Of a stretch of DNA of 32,000 bases, positions 1 to 6,547 are shown piece by piece (position 1 is the stretch's first letter; each line of letters opens with the position of its first letter). A model generated the notes under the pieces. The model did no database searches. It was not told where the DNA came from and saw nothing but the letters and a program-made list of their open reading frames with translations. The DNA is from Promethearchaeota archaeon. GTDB taxonomy: Archaea > Asgardarchaeota > Lokiarchaeia > Sigyniarchaeales > Promethearchaeaceae. The translations under genes were made by a program, and so were the position numbers. The stretch spans positions 120,001 through 152,000 of the forward strand of contig JAFGBS010000014.1 in NCBI GenBank assembly GCA_016933055.1. The letters are read 5' to 3'.

Positions 1-354
1 AATGGTGGAATGTTTTCTTTGGAGGATTTGGAGAATAGAAGTCTTACCAGCTGCATCCAAACCCAATAAGAGGATTTTCTTTTCTTGAGAGGAAGTAGCA
101 AATTGTAATAACATCATAGCTGTACGAATCCATTTATCCATTACACTTTCGGGTAAATCTTGGATTTTAGGTGGGGTGATTACTTGTGCTAAGTCGCTGA
201 TAGTGTGTAATCCATTTTCTTTCAATTTCTCGGTATTTATCGGATCTATTCCTCGTAATAATCCCACATCCAATTCTAAAATGTCTTCGATCGATCTGAC
301 ATTTTGCAAAGCATCCTTTTTGAAAAACTCGATTAACTTCTCAATTTGCTGAAT
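1..354 (-). CDS. Arf-like small GTPase with N-terminal helix-hairpin-helix-like extension (partial, runs off window start)
   Basis: Hand translation of the minus strand: IQQIEKLIEFFKKDALQNVRSIEDILELDVGLLRGIDPINTEKLKENGLHTISDLAQV...SSQEKKILLLGLDAAGKTSILQILQRKHSTI. The G1 motif GLDAAGKT is Arf-type. The frame is open from 354, preceded by TAG at 357-355. Start uncertain: ATT at 354 behind a GAGAGGGG SD-like motif, or TTG at 309. Confidence 0.8.
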   Translation of the reverse strand, partial: MQQIEKLIEFFKKDALQNVRSIEDILELDVGLLRGIDPINTEKLKENGLHTISDLAQVITPPKIQDLPESVMDKWIRTAMMLLQFATSSQEKKILLLGLDAAGKTSILQILQRKHSTI

Positions 355-540
355 CTATATCCCCTCTCACTTATAATTTACTAGCTGGTACTGGATATTT
401 CTAAGTTATTCTTATCTTTAATGTGGAAAAATAAACCTAAGTGTTTGTCTCATTTATTTCGATTAACTAAAAAGATTTTAAGTTCGGTTTTTTTAACATA
501 GGTATAGCAAGTCTAAATTAAAAAAATAAAGTGTGAAAAA

Positions 541-1263
541 GTGTTCGGAAGAGGCGGCGCCGGGGCGTATGACCGTGTTGTGACCATGTTTTCCCCCGAT
601 GGTAGATTATTTCAAGTAGAATTTGCATTAGAAGCAGTACGAAGAGGATCATTAGCCGTAGCCATTAAGAGCACGAAAGGTGCTATTATTGTAGTGTTGA
701 AAAAAACCAATGATAAGTTACGGGATCCTGATACAATAAAAAAAGTATTTCAAGTTGATGACCACATTGGATGCGCGATTTCCGGATTGCATGCAGATTC
801 CCGAGTATTAGTGAACTGGGCTAGGGTTCAAGCTCAATACTATAAGCTCAATTATGGTGAATCTATGAAATTACAGACATTAGTTCGACGTCTGGCTGAT
901 GTAAAACAAATGTATACTCAATCAGGTGGAATACGTCCATTTGGTTGTGCATTTATTTTAATATCTGTAGATCCCGATGGCATTCCACAATTAATGACTA
1001 CGAGTCCTTCGGGTAGATTTTCCTCATGGAAAGCCACCGCTCTAGGACAAAATGAAGATCGTGCAAGAGACATCCTTAAAGAAAATTACAAGGAAGATGC
1101 ATCCTTAGAAGATTTGATGAAATTAGGAATTAAAGTCCAAAAACAGACTTCCGAAGAGGAAATCACTGCCGAAGATGTTGAAATTGCGTTTGTTAATAAT
1201 GTAGATAGAAAATTTGATTTCGTCCCTCAGAAAAAGATCAAACTCCTATTTAATCAAGCATAA
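541..1263 (+). CDS. psmA: 20S proteasome alpha subunit
   Basis: N-terminal signature AYDRVVTMFSPDGRLFQVEFALEAVRRG, plus KVFQVDDHIG, SGLHADSRVL, GGIRPFG and PSG...WKATALG. GTG start. Confidence 0.96.
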   Translation: MFGRGGAGAYDRVVTMFSPDGRLFQVEFALEAVRRGSLAVAIKSTKGAIIVVLKKTNDKLRDPDTIKKVFQVDDHIGCAISGLHADSRVLVNWARVQAQYYKLNYGESMKLQTLVRRLADVKQMYTQSGGIRPFGCAFILISVDPDGIPQLMTTSPSGRFSSWKATALGQNEDRARDILKENYKEDASLEDLMKLGIKVQKQTSEEEITAEDVEIAFVNNVDRKFDFVPQKKIKLLFNQA

Positions 1264-1275
1264 ATCTTTTTTCTC

Positions 1276-2421
1276 TCATACTTTACCCATAAGTAAATCC
1301 TTATATTTTTCTAATCGTCCTAGATTGAATTCTTTTAGTAGCTCTTCAATTTCATTTCGATCATAAGTCCTCATTCTTATTATCAGATCATAATAAGGAA
1401 GACTTTTCAGCACTTCTAAAGGACTTCCCTCAATTCCTTCCGCAACAATTTCTTCAAAGTCCATATTCGTATAGCTTTTACCAACCCCTGGAAAAAGTTG
1501 GAAATACGCAGCCATAAATCCTTCATAAGTCAATCGTTTAACGTCTTCACGGGACCAAATTTCTCGAGTAATCATGCTTTTTATCATTTCTATGGAGGTA
1601 TAAAGATGGTCAATAGACTCTTCTGCAAGGCGGATTGCTTCTTCTTTTTTATTTAACAAATAACAACAATGCATCAAGATAAGCCGATATTCGGATATAA
1701 TGTGTACCAAACGGGTTTTCGCATAAATTGAAATGATATTTAAACGAGATGATTGCAAGTCTCCAAGTAATTCCGATAAATTATTCAATCCCTCATTAAA
1801 AAATTCAAGTAATCTTGAATAAATTTCTAATGCTTCTTCATACATTCCAAATTTTAACAGTTTTATCCCTCGAAATTCTTCTGCACGATAATCAACGGAT
1901 TTTGGATTTAATCGTAATACTGCTAAAATAACTATTCTTTCTCCCACTTCATGTTTTCCTACATATTCATAGCATTCTGCAGCTCTCATCAGAAAGAGCG
2001 CACTAGCGGAACGAAACTCCTCAGGATCAGCTTTCAGGTATAAATCGGCACATTCTTCATAAAAATCCGCAGCAGTATAATAGTCTCCCACTCGGAACGA
2101 TAAGTTAGCCATTTCCATTGCAAGTTTAGCTTCTTCTTCTGGTAAGTCCAGTTCATGTAATCGATTCTTTATTTGACGTAAATACTCCAAAGCTTGGTAG
2201 ATTTTAGATTCGTTGGACAAAATCCGAGAAATCCGCATAAAAATATCGGGTACTTTCAAAAATGCACCAATATTGAAATAAATATTTACGGCTTTATTAT
2301 ATGCTTTCAATCCTGCCATAACTTTACCTTGGTACAAGAAATCCTCTGCTTGAGAAATATAGGATGCGGCTTGGGTTTTCAGATCTTCAATGTCATCGTT
2401 ATTATACTTAGACATATACAT
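1276..2421 (-). CDS. TPR / alpha-solenoid protein, SNAP-like repeats
   Basis: All-helical with TPR-like Ala/Tyr periodicity (AADFYEECADLYLKAD...ASALFLMRAAECYEYVG; EEALEIYSRLLEF). Confidence 0.65.
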   Translation of the reverse strand: MYMSKYNNDDIEDLKTQAASYISQAEDFLYQGKVMAGLKAYNKAVNIYFNIGAFLKVPDIFMRISRILSNESKIYQALEYLRQIKNRLHELDLPEEEAKLAMEMANLSFRVGDYYTAADFYEECADLYLKADPEEFRSASALFLMRAAECYEYVGKHEVGERIVILAVLRLNPKSVDYRAEEFRGIKLLKFGMYEEALEIYSRLLEFFNEGLNNLSELLGDLQSSRLNIISIYAKTRLVHIISEYRLILMHCCYLLNKKEEAIRLAEESIDHLYTSIEMIKSMITREIWSREDVKRLTYEGFMAAYFQLFPGVGKSYTNMDFEEIVAEGIEGSPLEVLKSLPYYDLIIRMRTYDRNEIEELLKEFNLGRLEKYKDLLMGKV

Positions 2422-2474
2422 CTACAATATAAGTTATGCCTTAATGAGTTTTTTGCTACATCAGAAAATGGAAT

Positions 2475-3668
2475 TTATTTGATTAATAAGGTTTTTCCAC
2501 AGACTTTACATGGACGGTTTGCTACCGAATCGAAACATTTTTCGTGATATATTGTGCTACAATAAGGATTTCCACATATGGTTACTTTCTCATCATCATT
2601 GAAGATAGTATTACACACAGGACAGGAAGAATATACAGCAGCATCGCCCAGCTTATTTGCTGTATTGATATTCACTTTATATCCTTGAATCTCTACAGCA
2701 GGTTTACCATTTGTACGTTCTTTTTTGTACTCTTCATGTAATAGAGCGGTTTGTTGAATTTCGGTAGGGATTTTAATCAAATAAAAACAATGGGGACATC
2801 TTACTACACTTCTGCCTTCACTATGAGATTCTGCCCATTCATTAATACAGTGCAGATGAAAACCAGTACCACAATTCGGGCAATATCTACCACTAAGGCT
2901 AAAATCTAATTTTTTTACAGGATCTCGGATATTAAAGCAAATTCCACATTTATTGTAATTGTTTTGGTTCCGAATTCGTGCTACAATTTCTGCGGAACCT
3001 TGTTTCATCTCTGCTTCCGATTTCAATGGCACTGCAATTTTTTCCAGTAATTTTGAGAAGTTTTTAGGCTTGATATAGGAATTTCCAGGTAATTGTCTTG
3101 CAATTTCCTCCATGGTTTTTGTTAAATCGGAGTTTTTATATGCCTCATATAATTTACCCGTAGTAATTTGAGCAATGTTATGGAGGGCTTGGCTGTGGTT
3201 CAATCCACCGATTTTTACAGCGTCAATCTTAATACCCAGACCTGCAGCGATGTTTGCCATTTTTTCAGGAGTTGTATGAGGGGATTGGGTAATATTTCCG
3301 TCACCAATTATAATAATTCGTGGAGTACGCGTTCCTGAAGCGCGTATGTCCTCGATGTGAAGTTTTAATGCAATTCCGATTCCTTCTGCAATGTTACTAG
3401 AACCACCTGGAGTGATATTTTCCATTTCAGTTTCAAAAGATTCTTGATGGGGATAATCTCCAAATCGAAAAATCGTCTGGATTTCTCTGCCTACAACCAC
3501 TAATGCATAAAAAGTCTGGATTTCACTATCTAAAATTCTACGTCGTTGTATAAATTCGAGAATGCTCTGTTTGCAAGCATCTAATCGAGATGGTGATAAA
3601 TCAGTTCGTGCACTAGAACGACTTGCATCAAGAATGAAACATACATTTTCGAATTGTGAAACAGCCAT
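2475..3668 (-). CDS. vWA domain protein with two C-terminal C4HC3 RING/PHD-like zinc fingers
   Basis: vWA with MIDAS DASRS, ...GGSSN..., IIIGDG. Finger 1: CGIC-x18-CPNC-x4-H-x2-C-x16-CPHC (2948-2787). Finger 2: CPVC-x12-CGNPYC-x4-H-x2-C-x8-CKVC (2624-2499). Confidence 0.85.
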   Translation of the reverse strand: MAVSQFENVCFILDASRSSARTDLSPSRLDACKQSILEFIQRRRILDSEIQTFYALVVVGREIQTIFRFGDYPHQESFETEMENITPGGSSNIAEGIGIALKLHIEDIRASGTRTPRIIIIGDGNITQSPHTTPEKMANIAAGLGIKIDAVKIGGLNHSQALHNIAQITTGKLYEAYKNSDLTKTMEEIARQLPGNSYIKPKNFSKLLEKIAVPLKSEAEMKQGSAEIVARIRNQNNYNKCGICFNIRDPVKKLDFSLSGRYCPNCGTGFHLHCINEWAESHSEGRSVVRCPHCFYLIKIPTEIQQTALLHEEYKKERTNGKPAVEIQGYKVNINTANKLGDAAVYSSCPVCNTIFNDDEKVTICGNPYCSTIYHEKCFDSVANRPCKVCGKTLLIK

Positions 3669-3761
3669 TCATATCACTTAAGAACGTTAGTAAGTTACAC
3701 ACTGAATCGTTAGTATTTAATTTATCGTTGTAAAAAATTTTGTAGAATTATTTTAATTTAT

Positions 3762-4170
3762 CAACATCTAATCGGGAATATAGATCGTAAATACCAATGG
3801 GAATTGTCCCATTTACCTTAAAACTATCGTAAAACAGCGGGGTACGTATAAATCGGAATCAAACTCTGATTTTACAGTGCGATGGATAGGTAAACCTGTC
3901 CGAGCGAAGGGATGGATAGACGACAAGATTGGTAACAGATCTTGGTTCATTTAAATTCCCCGATCAGATGTAGAAGGGGTCGATCCTTGGTGCGGGTTCT
4001 TGGGAAGGTAAGCGTTCTAAAACAAAAGCCGAATGCGAAGCATGAGGCAGTATGAATCTATATCAGTACCAAATTGATAGAAGTTCGTAATATATCCCAT
4101 CTGTTCACCTAAGGTAAAATTTTTGGGTATCATCCCATTGAATTTAATAAAATAAAATAATGGGAATGCG
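3762..4170 (+). ncRNA. Candidate structured non-coding RNA of unknown class
   Basis: No ORF of 60 aa or more. Long-range helix 3764-3785/3949-3971 and at least six hairpins found by hand. Wobble pairs are G-U on the + strand. 3881-4050 is 48% GC (53 G, 28 C in 170 nt) versus 17% GC in 3701-3760. Confidence 0.55.
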
Positions 4171-4213
4171 AGAACTGATCGAAAAATCGGATTTCAATAA
4201 TAATGGATTAATC

Positions 4214-4606
4214 TCAGTTCTGAGCAAATTTTTCGAGTTTCTCAGACCGATCTACAATTCGATATCTTTTAAAATCTCGTATAATCGTGTCACCGACCTT
4301 GATATCGGTTGGAACATTAACAAAAGTTTCTTCTTCTAGATCATTCTCTATCAAAGATATGGGTCCATTATGTGGGCTGAATATGTTTCCCTTGGGAAAG
4401 TTCTTAGCTATTTTTAATTCTTTTATTAAAAAGTCTCTTACAGCAACTCGTATCAATTCACTCCTGCTAGGGTACAACCCAGAATCGCCAACTAGGTTTT
4501 TTATTGTGTTAATGTATTGAATTGGCAAATTTACCGTTATTATTTTCATTCTATAAGCCCTTTTTGTATTTTGTATATCTTTTTGTTGTTTATATACAGT
4601 ATACAT
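4214..4606 (-). CDS. Ribbon-helix-helix (CopG/Arc/MetJ-type) transcriptional regulator
   Basis: MKIITVNLPIQYINTIKNLVGDSGLYPSRSELIRVAVRDFL is a typical RHH beta-strand plus two helices. True start is probably the ATG at 4549. Confidence 0.85.
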   Translation of the reverse strand: MYTVYKQQKDIQNTKRAYRMKIITVNLPIQYINTIKNLVGDSGLYPSRSELIRVAVRDFLIKELKIAKNFPKGNIFSPHNGPISLIENDLEEETFVNVPTDIKVGDTIIRDFKRYRIVDRSEKLEKFAQN

Positions 4607-4907
4607 CGAAATCTTTTAAAACTTCCTCTCAATCCGCTCTAATCATCATATAAGAAGCCCACTGCCCGTGAAATACTTCTAATTTTTAGCATTATTTGCC
4701 CTTGAAAAAGGAAATTTTATTGCAATGATTCGATAAAATAATGTTATTCTTTTCTAAATATAAATATTATGTTGGCAAATCTGGTTCAAAAACCTTAAAT
4801 GTGCTTATATTTTTCAAGATACTTTATTAAAGACTTGCAAATTTTTATTATAAACCCATTTAGTTATCGTTTACCCTTTACATATTTTTCTCAGAGGGGT
4901 TAGATGT

Positions 4908-4946
4908 TATATATAAATGCAGATGAACAATGATCAGTATATATAA
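4908..4946. promoter_or_regulatory. Two identical TATA-like boxes (TATATATAA) exactly 30 bp apart
   Basis: TATATATAA at 4908-4916 and 4938-4946, in the divergent intergenic region between the RHH gene and the 5123 ORF. Confidence 0.35.
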
Positions 4947-5122
4947 GCCTTATTGATCCAATCTGATATTTTTTTCCATTTTTTTTAATAATTTACACTT
5001 TCCATATCCTTTTTCCATTTTACTCTTGCGAAATGTCACCCAATACAATTCCTTTTATTCTGCCCCAAAAAATTTAGGAACTCGACACTATACTTACCTA
5101 TCTTTGAGGTTTGTGATTCGGA

Positions 5123-6532
5123 TTGAATGAGAAAGTAGAAAAGATGTTTGAGAAATTATTGAGCGCACTCGAATTCGATAGTACTAAATTTTTTAGCTCT
5201 GAACTAAGTACTGAACAAGAGAAAATCAAAAAGCAGGTCGATGAAATTCTGGGAGATAATATTGAATCGGAAATAAAAATTTTAGGAGGAAAACTCGATG
5301 TGGAGGAATTCAATAAATTAGAAATACAGATCCAAAATCACCTCCAAAATCCCATCTTCAAACCCTATGAGGGTGATCTCACTAAATTGACTGAAAAATG
5401 GCTTCTTCATAAGAAAAATGAATTTATTCATCATCTATTTCTTGTATGGAAGGTAAAAGATTTTCCATTTTCCTCAGTGACCTTTTTCACAGTACCACAA
5501 ATTGATTGGCAAGAGGGAAAAGCGGATCGTATGAAATTAAACACCGATAAAATCGCTTTTTGTGGGGAGATTGAAGCTTTAGCGAACCGAACTGTATTAT
5601 ATGCGAAAATTTCCAAAGCAGATCCCTTATTCGCACCTCATATCGGAAATTTGGATCTGGCATCCTACAAACCCGATGCTGCAGATCAGACCCCAAAGTC
5701 GCACAATTTACGATTTGTAAAGGAAATTTTATCTTCACTTGAAAGAAAATCTACACAAAACCAAGTTACACGCTATGATTCTCAATATGAACGCCACGGA
5801 GAACCTATTTGCGATTATTTCATGCAGAATGATAATTTGAAGAGATCTATGAATAAATTAACCTCCGCTTTAGACTCTAAGCGACAAACTTCGAATGCTG
5901 CAATCTGCGGAATCTTGCTTCCATTACTCAACACTTCTATGGTACTAATTAGCGATGAAAGTTCTGGACTGACAGCGAATAAATTAGAGACAGCCTTTGA
6001 AGCATTACTTAAATTTGCTGCAACAACCTATCAATTCCCTAATGTGAAAAAGGGTCCAGAATTATCACAAGCGATAAATACTGGATCATTAACACCCCAA
6101 ACTTCTGTAGCTTCAACTGGTCCTCAGCTTCAAGTGTGGACAGAAGAAGAACTTGTAGCGGAAGCCACGAAACGAGCTTCAGCAGAACCTGATTTATCAG
6201 TATGGACGGAGGAAGAACTTATCGAAGAATCTAAGAACCGTACTGGAGTAAATTTACCCACTTGGACAGAAGAAGAATTGGAAGAAGAGCGAAAGCGGAA
6301 GATGGGAACGGGAATGAATGTTCCTGATTGGATCCCTGATGAGAGTCTTGTGCAATGTCCAAAATGCCATTACACATGCAAACCAGAATGGGGTTCGTGT
6401 CCAATGTGTGATACACCTTTGCCATCTGTCAACACAACTGAAGCAGAATCTGAACTAGAGTCAAATGATGAAGATCTAGAAGAAGAAAAAGAAGATGTTG
6501 AAGAAGACAGTAATGAAGACAACGAAGAATAA
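5123..6532 (+). CDS. Hypothetical protein with WTEEEL repeats, C-terminal zinc ribbon and acidic tail
   Basis: Three W-T-E-E-E-L motifs plus a degenerate fourth; CPKC-x10-CPMC; D/E-rich C-terminus. TTG start with GAGGT upstream. Confidence 0.8.
   Translation: MNEKVEKMFEKLLSALEFDSTKFFSSELSTEQEKIKKQVDEILGDNIESEIKILGGKLDVEEFNKLEIQIQNHLQNPIFKPYEGDLTKLTEKWLLHKKNEFIHHLFLVWKVKDFPFSSVTFFTVPQIDWQEGKADRMKLNTDKIAFCGEIEALANRTVLYAKISKADPLFAPHIGNLDLASYKPDAADQTPKSHNLRFVKEILSSLERKSTQNQVTRYDSQYERHGEPICDYFMQNDNLKRSMNKLTSALDSKRQTSNAAICGILLPLLNTSMVLISDESSGLTANKLETAFEALLKFAATTYQFPNVKKGPELSQAINTGSLTPQTSVASTGPQLQVWTEEELVAEATKRASAEPDLSVWTEEELIEESKNRTGVNLPTWTEEELEEERKRKMGTGMNVPDWIPDESLVQCPKCHYTCKPEWGSCPMCDTPLPSVNTTEAESELESNDEDLEEEKEDVEEDSNEDNEE
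6134..6349 (+). repeat. Intragenic tandem repeat, 60-66 bp unit, encoding (V/T)WTEEEL
   Basis: Trp codons at 6137, 6203, 6263 and 6329 (spacing 66, 60, 66). Units: gtgtggacagaagaagaactt / gtatggacggaggaagaactt / acttggacagaagaagaattg. Confidence 0.85.
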
Positions 6533-6547
6533 ATCGCGTTATTGTCT

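Noticed and set aside
3990-4012. Cobalamin riboswitch (GGGAAGG motif near B12-dependent genes)
   Set aside because: The other conserved blocks (GGTG..AA.TCC, GCCCCCGC.ACTGT, CCTGCC) are absent and the element is not in the leader of a B12-related gene.
4051-4089. SECIS-like element (AUGA followed by a stem)
   Set aside because: No opposing GA to form the quartet, and no upstream + strand gene with an in-frame TGA.
3877-4091. Miniature group II intron (GTGCG at 3877, domain V-like hairpin at 4027, possible domain VI)
   Set aside because: Only about 215 nt. The domain V lower helix lacks the AGC/GUU pairing and the 2-nt bulge, and there is no interrupted gene or RT ORF.
3762-4170. RNase P RNA or SRP RNA identity for the structured region
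   Set aside because: AGCCGAATG resembles CR-IV, but I found no GAGGAAAGUCC-type CR-I, no ACAGAA...GGCUUA CR-V able to form P4, and no SRP helix-8 CAGG/GNRA/AGCAG motif. A covariance-model search is still needed.
3669-4213. Short ORFs in the intergenic region (38 aa from 4133 and 45 aa from 3950, minus strand)
   Set aside because: Short, with no recognisable motifs or SD. The G-U wobble pattern favours a + strand RNA instead.
6134-6349. CRISPR array, Atg8-interacting WxxL motifs, or Myb repeats
   Set aside because: The repeats are in-frame coding with synonymous variation and no unique spacers. Trp-Leu spacing is Wx4L rather than WxxL, and the units are too short for Myb domains.
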